Both the position numbers and the translations under genes were made by a program. A stretch of DNA of 59,895 bases from IMG/VR virus record IMGVR_UViG_3300011338_000749, positions 1-59,895 of that record; one strand, written 5' to 3'. The notes under the pieces were generated by a model. The model saw only the letters and a program-made list of their open reading frames with translations, was not told the DNA's origin and searched no databases. Below, in pieces: positions 27,288 to 36,349 of the stretch; position 1 is the first letter of the stretch; every line of letters begins with the position of its first letter. Origin of the DNA: a virus (Duplodnaviria; Caudoviricetes).

Positions 27288-30029
27288 TTATTCGCCGGAA
27301 AGTTTCCACAGGCCGTATTCTTTGTTCCAGTCTACTACCGAGCCCTGTACAGTTTCTCCTGTGGGCGATTTAACGTAACTATTTTGTTTGATAACTTTTA
27401 AACCGTCTTGGCTGTCAACTTTATCAAGCAAATTAAAAATATCATCCCATGTTTTAGAAGGCGGCTCGGAGTTAAAGCGACCTTTAATTTGCGATACATT
27501 CCACGTGTTGCCCTTGCCTGCGTCCGACTTGGCCATCTCAACGGTAACCTTAGGCAAGCCCTGCTCATCTCGCAGAGAGTACACGCGAACCAGTCCTTCG
27601 TCAAAAGCCTTTTTCCCGCCGTACGGCAGACCCGTATAGGCGGTACCGTACGTATCACCAAAGTTGTAATTCCCTATTGAATGATTCATTAGCTTGCCTT
27701 CCATTTCGGTGGCTATTGACTTATCAAGCGTTACCCACTGCCCGCCAAAAGAAGGAGCATCCATTACAGGAGAAGTAAATTTATCAAGAACTTGGCGAGG
27801 AACACTTGCGCCTTTTGCTGCTTGACTAACCGCTGTTAAATAATTGCGGTCCAGAGCCAACGCCTGTGTGCCCTGAATTAAGGCCTCAGGAAAGCTCATG
27901 TTTCCAAGCTTGTTGGCCGGGACTTCTTGCAGCGCCTCAATCACCCTGTCCGGATTAAGTAATGCCATTTCTGGCCTTGCGTCGTATATAGGTTCCCCCG
28001 TGCGCAGCGCCTGCTGAATGTTAGGGGGCATAACTTCTTGGTTGGTATAAAGTCGACGCAGTGTCTCAGACATCAGTGGGTATTCTTCAAACTGACTTGG
28101 TGCAAAATCGCGCATTGTTTCTGGAAGATTGCGCATTTCAACAGGGGCACCTTCTTGGCCTATTTTTTCTGAGATGTTTTTTCTCATCTTATCCAAAAAG
28201 AGGGCGTCTTCAACAGTGTTCCCCTCGGGCCTCAGGGCATACGCCTGCACCCCTGTGCGCTTGTCATAAGCCTTTTCCAAACCTATTTTGTTAGCCAGTT
28301 GGGCTTGGCTATCGCCCTGCATTGCGGCATTATCCAAATAGGGACCAAGCGCGGCAGCATCTTCACCAAAAGGTTCAATCCGGCGGCTGTTTATTGCAAG
28401 GCGCAGCGGATCGTTGGCCGTTCCATATGTATCGGTAAAGTATTTAGGGGCCTTGGCCTCAATGAAATTTTGAATTTCGTCCGATGCATCTGCTTCGCGA
28501 GCCGAGACTTTGTATTGTTGAAACAATTCGCCTAATTTAGAAATAGGTTTGGCCCGGTTTAGGTCCTCCGGGGTGTAGGCAGACGTGCCCCCGCGTGGTT
28601 TGACCGCGTAAGCCAGGTTGCCAGAGGCTTCCATGCGTTGTCGCAACGGGTCATACGCCGTATCAGGGATATTTTCCGCCTGCGCACTCGCACGGCGGAC
28701 CTGTCCGCGCTGAATATTGCCAACAGTCACGTCTTCCAGCATTTTTGCGGCTTTTCCAGTAGCTTCCGCAGCCTTTACAGCACCGCGGACCGGGGCAGCG
28801 GGATTGACAAGGCCTGATCCAAACTGTGTCATCTCATACAAAGCACGGGCCGCAGCCCCTTCTGGGGGTTTCTGGCGTATTCCGGCCTTTAAAGCACGCT
28901 CTTTTAGGTCTTCTGACCCCAAAAACGGCTTTTCATTGGTATAGCCAAAGGGCCGCATAGCCATTGTGGCCAAATCAACAGGGGCTCCAACCAAGTTATA
29001 AGGGGTTTCACTTACTCCCTGCACCGCAGCAGCGTACAGTTCTTCCGGTTTGGTTGAACTTTTGCGGCCAATACCTGATTTTGGTGTCAAAAACGCTGGT
29101 TTTGACGCTGCTTCCAGTTCCTCGGCTGTCGGAGCTTGCTCCCCTGTCTCGGGGGACCCACCAGCGCGGCGGACCATGCCGCCCATAGCCAGCATCTGCG
29201 GTTGCGGGGGCTCGGCAAACGGGGATCGTATTTTGACATCGGCAAACTGAGTAAGGCCCGAGGGCCGCGGTACGGCATCCATCTCTGCCAGATATTTCTC
29301 CGCGACGCCCGGCTCCTTTTCCGTGTCCCGGTTTTCCTTTTCATCGGTATCAGCCAAGAAGGACAGAGCTAGAGCGGCCTGGTAACCCGGGCCGAGGGCC
29401 GCGAGGCGGTCAGGGGCGGCGGGCTGGTTAGGAGTTGTCAAGGATTCGTTGACAACTGGCGCTGCAGCCATGGGCGGCAAAGAAGGAGGGATCGGTTCCC
29501 GCGGCGCGGGGATTGTTTCACGTGAAACATTCGGGGCTGGGGCTGGTGCAACAGGGGCTGGCGTACCGCCCATCTTGGTTTCCAAGGTTGCCATCACCTG
29601 ACCAGAGGTCTTGCCCTTGAGGTTGGGATTATCCCTTATCACCTTCTCTGAAAACAAAGATTCCATGGGCGTGCCGGGTTCGGCAGACAAAAAGCTCTTA
29701 GCTCCTGTGGGACCGAAATAGTGGGCGGCATAGATCTCCGCGGGCCGCGGATCACGCTGCAAGAACTTCTTCAGGTAGTTCGTATTGCTGGAAATGATGT
29801 CCGTGCCCACACGGATGTTCTCATCAGGGTCAAACTTCTTGCCCGGCGCGCCGCCAAATTCTTTCCAAGTCTTATCCACCACCTGAAACAAACCCCCCGC
29901 GCTGGAGGTCTTAGCCTTAGCCGCGGGATCAACAGAGCTTTCCGCGCGCGCAATCCGCAAAGCTATGTCAGGATCAATGCCCTTGGCTTGCGCTGCAGCG
30001 CGGATTTTGTCAATAAGTTCTTGGGCCAT
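27288..30029 (-). CDS. Polyvalent virion protein: N-terminal lytic transglycosylase-like, C-terminal PcfJ-like domain
   Basis: IARAESS.DP.AK..TSSAGGLFQ...TW...YAAH.FG; EGKLMNHSIG.Y...YSLRD..G.P.VTVE...QIKG..N. Confidence 0.7.
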   Translation of the reverse strand: MAQELIDKIRAAAQAKGIDPDIALRIARAESSVDPAAKAKTSSAGGLFQVVDKTWKEFGGAPGKKFDPDENIRVGTDIISSNTNYLKKFLQRDPRPAEIYAAHYFGPTGAKSFLSAEPGTPMESLFSEKVIRDNPNLKGKTSGQVMATLETKMGGTPAPVAPAPAPNVSRETIPAPREPIPPSLPPMAAAPVVNESLTTPNQPAAPDRLAALGPGYQAALALSFLADTDEKENRDTEKEPGVAEKYLAEMDAVPRPSGLTQFADVKIRSPFAEPPQPQMLAMGGMVRRAGGSPETGEQAPTAEELEAASKPAFLTPKSGIGRKSSTKPEELYAAAVQGVSETPYNLVGAPVDLATMAMRPFGYTNEKPFLGSEDLKERALKAGIRQKPPEGAAARALYEMTQFGSGLVNPAAPVRGAVKAAEATGKAAKMLEDVTVGNIQRGQVRRASAQAENIPDTAYDPLRQRMEASGNLAYAVKPRGGTSAYTPEDLNRAKPISKLGELFQQYKVSAREADASDEIQNFIEAKAPKYFTDTYGTANDPLRLAINSRRIEPFGEDAAALGPYLDNAAMQGDSQAQLANKIGLEKAYDKRTGVQAYALRPEGNTVEDALFLDKMRKNISEKIGQEGAPVEMRNLPETMRDFAPSQFEEYPLMSETLRRLYTNQEVMPPNIQQALRTGEPIYDARPEMALLNPDRVIEALQEVPANKLGNMSFPEALIQGTQALALDRNYLTAVSQAAKGASVPRQVLDKFTSPVMDAPSFGGQWVTLDKSIATEMEGKLMNHSIGNYNFGDTYGTAYTGLPYGGKKAFDEGLVRVYSLRDEQGLPKVTVEMAKSDAGKGNTWNVSQIKGRFNSEPPSKTWDDIFNLLDKVDSQDGLKVIKQNSYVKSPTGETVQGSVVDWNKEYGLWKLSGE

Positions 30030-30058
30030 GGTTCGCGGTCCGGGAGAATAGATGGGCC

Positions 30059-30087
30059 ATTTTAGACTGGGTATCAGTAATACTCAA
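30059..30087 (-). promoter_or_regulatory. Putative promoter for 27288..30029
   Basis: TTGAGT-N17-TAAAAT. Confidence 0.35.
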
Positions 30088-31546
30088 CCTCTGCTTGTTC
30101 ATCCGATCCACTGTCTTCCTGATCATCAGAATCCAGAGCAATAAAGTTGCCCTGACGAAATCTTTGCAGAGCCATGGTTGTCACGTCCACTTGGTCATCG
30201 TTGCTGCCGTTGGGGAAAGCAGCGCACTCTTCGACAAGCTCCTCACAGCATTCCATTCCCTCAGGATACCAGACCATGCCCGATTCCAACAGAGGGGCTA
30301 CGGCATTCGCGCGGCTGAGCTTGTCCTGATTCTGCCTGCGGCCACCGGGCGAGAACATCGTGACGGGGATTCCGATCCGGCGGAGTTCCTGCTGGAGTGG
30401 CGTGCCGGTGGCCTTGGCCTCGATCAAGACATTGTCAGGCTTCCAATACTGGTACTCGTCTTTCGCGATCCGCTTGAGCTCAGGAAAATCCCAACGGCCC
30501 TTGCGCACGTTGAGCAAGATGAGGTTGGGGCCCGAGTCAACATCAGGGGTAAACACGCCCCACGTTGCGATGACCGAAAAGTCAGCCGTTTCCTTTTTGC
30601 TGTAGGCCGTGTCCATGGTCTGCAAAAGGTACTCACACTGCGGCGGTTCTGGGTTGGTCCACTTGCGCCACCATGTGCGTTTTAAAACAGCACCTTCATC
30701 GTTCGTGGGTTGTTGCTGCCACTGCGCGTTCCACTTCTTCAGACCAATGGAAACCTTCACCTTCTCCAGTTCGTCGATGGGCCAGTACTCCGGCCAGAGT
30801 GGATTACCGCTTGGGAGAATAGCTGGGAATTCCAAGACCTCCCACTGGTCAGACTTAAGATAGCCCTGCTGTTTCAGCAGGCGGCCAGAGAGGTCATCGG
30901 TCTTCCAACGGGTGTTGATCACAATGATCGCGCCGCCTGGTTGCAATCGCTGGCGAGGGCCAGAGGTGTACCACTCCCACGTGTTCTCCATAGCCGTATC
31001 AGACAAGGCGTCCTGCTCGTCCAAGACGTCGTCCAGCACCACAATATTACCGCCACGCCCGGTCATTGCGCCGCCTTTACCAATGAAAAAGGCTTCACCG
31101 CCTTGGGCCGTGTTCCACCTGCCTGCGGCCTTAGAGTCAATGGACAGGGTCATACCTGGGAAGAGATCCTTGTATCTCTCTTCATTTACAAGATTACGAA
31201 TCATGCGCCCGAAGCGCTGAGCGAGGTCCGAGGTGTGCGAGCCAATGACAATCTTAGAGTCAGGCTTTTTACCCATCATGTAGGCAGGGAACAGATAGCT
31301 GCCCATCTGGGATTTACCATGACGGGGAGGCATCGCGATCATCAGACGCTTGCACTCGCCACTCACTACGCGGTCCAAGGCTTTAGCGATGATCCTGTGG
31401 TGTTCCCCAACGAGCATCTCGGGCCAGACGTATCGACAGAAGTCAAGAAAGCCCGTGGTTGCCTTTTCGTGCGCATCGAGTAATTGCAGACGGAGCTGCA
31501 ACCGCATCATTTCTTCTTCGGCGTCTTTTGGAGGTGGGGTGTGCAT
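30074..31546 (-). CDS. terL: Terminase large subunit
   Basis: MPPRHGKS Walker A, VVLDD Walker B, TRW..DDL.G, DTAYS...D.S, IEAKATG, FPNG.NDDQVD nuclease motif. Confidence 0.95.
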   Translation of the reverse strand: MHTPPPKDAEEEMMRLQLRLQLLDAHEKATTGFLDFCRYVWPEMLVGEHHRIIAKALDRVVSGECKRLMIAMPPRHGKSQMGSYLFPAYMMGKKPDSKIVIGSHTSDLAQRFGRMIRNLVNEERYKDLFPGMTLSIDSKAAGRWNTAQGGEAFFIGKGGAMTGRGGNIVVLDDVLDEQDALSDTAMENTWEWYTSGPRQRLQPGGAIIVINTRWKTDDLSGRLLKQQGYLKSDQWEVLEFPAILPSGNPLWPEYWPIDELEKVKVSIGLKKWNAQWQQQPTNDEGAVLKRTWWRKWTNPEPPQCEYLLQTMDTAYSKKETADFSVIATWGVFTPDVDSGPNLILLNVRKGRWDFPELKRIAKDEYQYWKPDNVLIEAKATGTPLQQELRRIGIPVTMFSPGGRRQNQDKLSRANAVAPLLESGMVWYPEGMECCEELVEECAAFPNGSNDDQVDVTTMALQRFRQGNFIALDSDDQEDSGSDEQAEVEYY

Positions 31547-31967
31547 AGGGCCAGGTTTTGAATTTTGTAAATATTAACCGAGGTTTTGATTTATGCAAAC
31601 AAGGGGCCTGTTTTAGGGGGTGGGGGTCCAAGTCTCTTGGGCAAATTGTGGGGATAAAATCAGGGTACGCCTCTTCGCTGTAGCTGACGGGCTGTTTATG
31701 GCCCTCCCCCTGTCTTAAAGTCAAAGGTACGTAGTAGCACAGAGAGGTATGCGGGCCCACCCACCCCCGCCAACCACCTATAGAGGGAAAAATTGAGAGA
31801 AACTATCGGCGGCGCGCCGCCGATAGGCATAGCCTATTGCCATAGCTATAGGCTATCAGCTATCAGGGCCTAGGCCCTGATAGGCACTAGCTATGCTGCC
31901 AGTTGTCAAGCTAAATATATCTATCGGGGCTGACGTCCCGATAGGCCCGGGCTATGCACCTGGCCAC

Positions 31968-31999
31968 AAAAAAGCCCCGGGGCTTGCGGCCCGGGGCTT
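31968..31999 (-). terminator. Rho-independent terminator ending the leftward early genes
   Basis: AAGCCCCGGG-loop-CCCGGGGCTTTTTT. Confidence 0.85.
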
Positions 32000-32015
32000 G
32001 CGTCTGGGTTACTGG

Positions 32016-32297
32016 TTAGCTGGCCACTGCCGCCTCTACTGCCTTGCGTGCTTCGTACTCTTCGCGTGACTTGGTTGCCCGGGCTTTGGCCTCTGACTTG
32101 GTGACCAAGTCCTGCTCACCGATGCTGATCTGTGCACCATTGCAAGCATAGAACTGGCTTTCCTCTTGGCCATAGCAATACTCGTAATCTATCTTGGTCA
32201 GTGTGACCAAGAACCCGGCCAGGGCTTGGACGTCTTTAACAGCCATACCCTCAGGCAATGCATATTTGCTACCGTCGATTGTGATGATCTTCGTCAT
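32016..32297 (-). CDS. Early hypothetical protein
   Basis: Start ATG 32297 after AGAAAGAAGAAAG; has its own -10 TATAAT at 32353-32348. Confidence 0.75.
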   Translation of the reverse strand: MTKIITIDGSKYALPEGMAVKDVQALAGFLVTLTKIDYEYCYGQEESQFYACNGAQISIGEQDLVTKSEAKARATKSREEYEARKAVEAAVAS

Positions 32298-32353
32298 GAT
32301 GCTTTCTTCTTTCTGGGTTGTACTGTGCATGATTGCACAGTGAGACTATTATA
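32298..32353 (-). promoter_or_regulatory. Early promoter -10 plus hairpin leader
   Basis: TATAAT-N6-ACTGTGCA-ATCA-TGCACAGT-ACAACCCAGAAAG; -35 is weak. Confidence 0.55.
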
Positions 32354-32638
32354 GCCCCGGCCCCGCGGCCCGGGCCATTGTACTTTTCTATCGCGCCGGG
32401 CGGCCCGATAGCCGTGGGCCACGGCCCACGGCGCACGATTTATGCGCCATATGCCCGGCGCGCGCAAGGATCTTGCGCGCGCCCCGGGTTTCACGCACCG
32501 CGCGCCACGGTTTAAGCGCCAACAGGCGAGGACCGGGGAGCTGGTTTAGCTATGCAAAAAATAACCGGTCAGTTATGCCATTTTGCTATATCCGGCCCCT
32601 CGATAGGGCCACGCTATCGGCGGCCCTTGATCGATAGG

Positions 32639-33598
32639 TTAAGCACTTAGCAGTTCTAACGCCCTATTTTTGAGTGCTGCGCCAGTTCCAAACCATGCCG
32701 ATTCCATGCGGGTATTGTTGCCACGGCCCCGCTCATGATCGACTAGTTCAGTGACAGCATTAAGCATTGCCCAGCGCGTACCGGCCACGCCGGGAATGTC
32801 CGCACCGATAGCTTGGCCGTTGAATAAATCCATAATCCGGCGATATCCACGGGTTTCATTCAAGTCTAATTTGCTGGTGTGGAAAGGAAGCAGCAGCGCA
32901 GTAATAAATATATCGGCCTCAATCCGGCTCATGGTTTCACCGGACAATTTGCGAGACTGGACTAGAAAGCGCTCCCAGTTATCGCCCACAATGCCAAGCT
33001 CTAACCGGACAGCATCAGGGTTGAAGCGCTCACTATGCAGCACTCGCACAGTGCCTGAATTCTCACGATTTAAAGCTGCCGTTATGGTGTTATTGCATAC
33101 CACGCGAATCGATGTAAATTTCGCAACGGTGGCCATAGTTCCATCATATGACGTGCCAAGCAACACATAAGGCCGCACAGTGTCGCCCTCGACAATGTCG
33201 GCCCCCTCGTTTACTTTCGCCAGCGCCCAAACCCGGCGGCCATGGCTGAGCACTCCGGCGGTTTCCATTTGAAACCCGCCTAGCTCAACAAGCTTCCCAA
33301 AAAAGCCCATAACTTCGGAGGGTTGAACCACGCGGTAACCGTCAGACACTACAGCCAGCGCGCCGCCGGTATCCGAACGGTGCAATACTTTCCGGCCCTT
33401 GAATTCCTCCGGCGCTGTCGTTGCGTCAGTCTGAAACAGAACGGGGGATTCGTTCACGGTGTAATTTAATCCGGCTTCACGTGTCCACGTCTCAATTGAT
33501 GCATCAGGTGTCAAGGCTTGGCCCAAACCATGCCATGGGGTATTACCAGCGTAAGCAATAGCGGCGGTGCCGGTGGTGGTGTCGATCATATGTGCCAT
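32639..33598 (-). CDS. DUF932/DUF945 (TIGR03299-like) phage/plasmid protein
   Basis: PWHGLG; Y.VVQ; METAG.L..GRRVWALA; TSYDGT; RVVCNNT; GT.W..LNAVTE.VDH. Confidence 0.85.
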   Translation of the reverse strand: MAHMIDTTTGTAAIAYAGNTPWHGLGQALTPDASIETWTREAGLNYTVNESPVLFQTDATTAPEEFKGRKVLHRSDTGGALAVVSDGYRVVQPSEVMGFFGKLVELGGFQMETAGVLSHGRRVWALAKVNEGADIVEGDTVRPYVLLGTSYDGTMATVAKFTSIRVVCNNTITAALNRENSGTVRVLHSERFNPDAVRLELGIVGDNWERFLVQSRKLSGETMSRIEADIFITALLLPFHTSKLDLNETRGYRRIMDLFNGQAIGADIPGVAGTRWAMLNAVTELVDHERGRGNNTRMESAWFGTGAALKNRALELLSA

Positions 33599-33670
33599 TT
33601 TCTCTATCCTTTCAGTGTTGCCGGATGATCCCGGTGAATGAATTATAAACCATAATTAACAGTCTGGCTA
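33599..33670 (-). promoter_or_regulatory. Early sigma70 promoter and leader
   Basis: TAGCCA-N17-TATAAT; CCGG hairpin; GAAAGGATAGAG before ATG. Confidence 0.7.
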
Positions 33671-33726
33671 ATCCCCTTCAAATAAGTCAACTATTAGCCA
33701 CAGTATTAGAAATACCCCTAGGGCTA

Positions 33727-34431
33727 TCAACATGCAGACATCTCCCGGCCAACATCTCCGGCCACATGATGGCGCAACATGGAACCGGGCGGCAGCGAGC
33801 GAGCGAATTTAACAATGGCTTGCGGATCATTCGGCGCGCCGGTTTTTTTGGTGCCGTGCCACTGGATGGCGGTCGGACCACTGGCCGCATAACAGCCGCC
33901 TTTCTCGTCAGTACCGACGCGTTTAGCGCCACTGCCATGGGCCACAAAAACAACAACATAATCCCGGTCACCACGTGCGCACAATGGGCGGCCATTTCCA
34001 CACTGATGGCACGTGAACGACTCGGACAGCTCAGCCGGGCATTGTGCAAACCTAACGCCACGGTGCACCATGGGGAAACTATCGGCCATGGTTTTCGGGG
34101 CAGCATACACCGCCGGGCGGCCTAACTCGATAGCCCGGACAGCGTCGGCCATAGTGTCGCATGACACATTGAACACGGTTTTACCCGGTGCCGGTAGTGG
34201 TAAAGCTTCAGCCGCAAAATGCGAATAAGTCCAAGCTTGGCCATTACGCGGTACAGCAGCAGACACTGCGGCCAAATAATCCATGTCAATTAATGAAGTG
34301 CCGGTTTCACTTTTGGGGTGCAATTTGCACGTTGTAGGACACGTGCCATAGGTTTCGTGCTCCCCTGCGCGATAGGTTACAGCGATGGGGCCAGTTTTAC
34401 GATTGGCCGATACGGTGACGGTTTTAAGCAT
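33727..34431 (-). CDS. Cys-rich gp88-like early protein
   Basis: Start ATG 34431; N.KTGPI.VT..TCP..C; WTYSH; CPA...TC.QC....LC....V.F.AHG. Confidence 0.7.
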   Translation of the reverse strand: MLKTVTVSANRKTGPIAVTYRAGEHETYGTCPTTCKLHPKSETGTSLIDMDYLAAVSAAVPRNGQAWTYSHFAAEALPLPAPGKTVFNVSCDTMADAVRAIELGRPAVYAAPKTMADSFPMVHRGVRFAQCPAELSESFTCHQCGNGRPLCARGDRDYVVVFVAHGSGAKRVGTDEKGGCYAASGPTAIQWHGTKKTGAPNDPQAIVKFARSLPPGSMLRHHVAGDVGREMSAC

Positions 34432-34504
34432 TTTCTCTATCCTTTCTAGGTTGCCGGAAATGCTCCGGTTCCACCAGTATACACTTAAATTAACAGTGGC
34501 GCAA
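34432..34504 (-). promoter_or_regulatory. Early sigma70 promoter and leader
   Basis: TTGCGC-N17-TATACT; CCGG hairpin; GAAAGGATAGAG before ATG. Confidence 0.7.
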
Positions 34505-34505
34505 C

Positions 34506-34928
34506 TTATTTTATAGGGGTTTTCCCCGATAAGATGTCGGCCAGCTCCTGCCATGGCATGCCCCGGCTAGGCCACGCGGCCACGGGATCAAGGCGCAAGC
34601 CCTGCTCAGCAAGGTCAATTGCTTGGCGGCCATGGTACAAAGCAATTCGGCCCGGGCGAACAACGGTGCTGATCTGATGCACCAGCACATAACACGGGCG
34701 GCCATGGGCGGCATGGCGCGCTAGGAAAGCAATCTGATGCGGTCGAAGCGCGATTTTCAGCCCGCGAGAAACGGCCTTAAGCTCGATTGAGACAAAGCGG
34801 TCACCTGCACCCACCAGCATGTCAGACACGCCCAAATTAACGCGATTCTCAATCCGCTCGGTGTCTACCCCCAAGGGACGCAAGCCATCGCGAACACGGG
34901 CAGCAAAGGCAGCCTCAGGCGTCGACAT
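34506..34928 (-). CDS. PD-(D/E)xK nuclease, Holliday-resolvase/VRR-NUC-like
   Basis: Start ATG 34928; PE..F; RIEN....GVSD; IELK; LRPHQIAF. Confidence 0.75.
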   Translation of the reverse strand: MSTPEAAFAARVRDGLRPLGVDTERIENRVNLGVSDMLVGAGDRFVSIELKAVSRGLKIALRPHQIAFLARHAAHGRPCYVLVHQISTVVRPGRIALYHGRQAIDLAEQGLRLDPVAAWPSRGMPWQELADILSGKTPIK

Positions 34929-35595
34929 CGTCGCCGGGTTCCAGATCACTGTCCCGTTCAAAGATATCGGGCGGAGGTTCCGCCACAGGAGGAACAAAAA
35001 CGGGGTCTTTTTCACGGTCAATGCTTTCAATCACTTGGCCGGTGCTGGCGTCAATCAGCGCGCTCGGCGGTGGTCCACCATACAGGGCCTTGAGCTCGTC
35101 CAGCTTGCGCTGCACTTCTTCTTTCGACATTGAGTCAATCGTGCCGTGCCTGATCTCCTTGCGGTCGATATAAATTGATCCTAAGGCCTGTCCACGGCGA
35201 TATTCGGCCTGGACGGCAGCAGCATATGCCCCCGCTTCTAAGGCCTTGTCACGGATGAGCTGCAGGTCCTTCATGTGGCGCTCGTACGAAGTGTTGTACT
35301 TGCTGTTGAGCTCGGCCCGATAGGCCTGAATCGCGGCCACCACATGAGGGTTGACGTTGGGGCTCGTCAACTTATTCGCCATGACAGAGGCGCTCGTGGG
35401 TTTATACCCTGCCCGAATGGCGGCCTCCTTCATGGTGACGCGGCCATCGCCGCTCACCAGCTCGGTGACGAACTTCCACTCCTTGGCGTTCAAGACCTTT
35501 CTCTGCTTGCGCAGCGGGGCCACTTCTGTCGCAAGGCGCTTTTGCGCCTTATCCCCAATGACAGGAGGCACCATCCAAACATCGCGCCGGGTCAT
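34915..35595 (-). CDS. terS: Terminase small subunit
   Basis: L..KE.KFV.E.....EAAIRAGY...A...A.KL HTH; L..IRDKA...Y.AAV.AE..RG. Confidence 0.7.
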   Translation of the reverse strand: MTRRDVWMVPPVIGDKAQKRLATEVAPLRKQRKVLNAKEWKFVTELVSGDGRVTMKEAAIRAGYKPTSASVMANKLTSPNVNPHVVAAIQAYRAELNSKYNTSYERHMKDLQLIRDKALEAGAYAAAVQAEYRRGQALGSIYIDRKEIRHGTIDSMSKEEVQRKLDELKALYGGPPPSALIDASTGQVIESIDREKDPVFVPPVAEPPPDIFERDSDLEPGDDVDA

Positions 35596-35807
35596 GAGAG
35601 TCTCCACAGCCGCCAGCCGCCTTCTACGCGGCGCAGCTTGAACGTCCACTCAGGAGCATGCGTTCTAACAAACCGCAAAGCAGCGACGCGCGAACTGTTG
35701 GCCTGTCTTGAATCAACAAAGCGAATTGAATCCCCAGGCAGCATGTCGCCAAAGGGGTACTTTGTACGCCCCACGGGCATCTCTACCCCCGACTCAATCT
35801 GAAACAT
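35592..35807 (-). CDS. Small protein (YPF..M..GD family)
   Basis: Start ATG 35807 with AGGAG; KYPFGDMLPGDS...GWRLWR. Confidence 0.7.
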   Translation of the reverse strand: MFQIESGVEMPVGRTKYPFGDMLPGDSIRFVDSRQANSSRVAALRFVRTHAPEWTFKLRRVEGGWRLWRLS

Positions 35808-35856
35808 CTGTTCGCTCCTGTAATCCATTGAATTAAGTGTATCAGGAGCAAGGCAA

Positions 35857-36069
35857 TCAGGCAACCCGAATAATGCGCCAGCCGTGGTCTACCCGGAGTT
35901 TTGCAAATTTTCTGCGGGGGTTGACCTTGGAATGATGCCGGGCAGAGTTGTATGCGCTTTTGGCCACCTCATAGATCGTGACCAAGAAATAGTCGCCAAC
36001 GGACATCGTATAAAACGGGTATTGAAACCTGATGCCCGTTACCGGGAACAGGATGTGATCTGGGATCAT
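35857..36069 (-). CDS. Small protein, paralog of 35592..35807
   Basis: AGGAGG SD; QYPFYTMSVGDYF...GWRIIR. Confidence 0.7.
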   Translation of the reverse strand: MIPDHILFPVTGIRFQYPFYTMSVGDYFLVTIYEVAKSAYNSARHHSKVNPRRKFAKLRVDHGWRIIRVA

Positions 36070-36077
36070 GGAACCTC

Positions 36078-36287
36078 CTATAAGAATCTACGTACTAAAA
36101 AATAAAAAAGTTTTTTCAAAAAGCATCTCGCGGAACCCCCCTGTAAATTCCTTACAGCTATAACTTGACGTAATGTACTGTGTTCAACTAAGTCGTTGAT
36201 TTTACTCACTTATTACGCTTCACACCAAATTACGTACAAATGGTTTTGAAAAAACAAAAACACTCAATAGTACGGAGACCTCTATAG
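36078..36287. other. Candidate replication origin: imperfect ~48-bp inverted repeat flanking an IHF-consensus site
   Basis: Arms CTATA-N8-CGTACTA-N12-GTTTTTTCAAAA at 36078-36126 and 36240-36287 (reverse); AATCAACGACTTA at 36201-36189; AT-rich; at the strand switch. Confidence 0.55.
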
Positions 36288-36349
36288 AGCGGCCCTTGAA
36301 TCCACCCTTTCACCGGGTAAACCCCTACAAAATAAACCACTTTTTGTAC

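Larger units (their letters stand above)
31803..32637. repeat. Five 24-bp dyads CTATC-N14-GATAG
   Basis: 31803-31826, 31860-31883, 31921-31944, 32388-32411, 32614-32637. Confidence 0.9.

Noticed and set aside
31615-31778. G-quadruplex from G/C runs
   Set aside because: The runs are few and irregular; cannot be supported from sequence alone
31803-31960. Mini-CRISPR array (about 60-bp period)
   Set aside because: Only 5-bp arms are conserved, the cores differ, and no cas genes are present
31443-32515. ORFs 31443..31760, 32294..32494 and 32333..32515
   Set aside because: Cross repeat-rich regulatory DNA; no RBS or protein-like features
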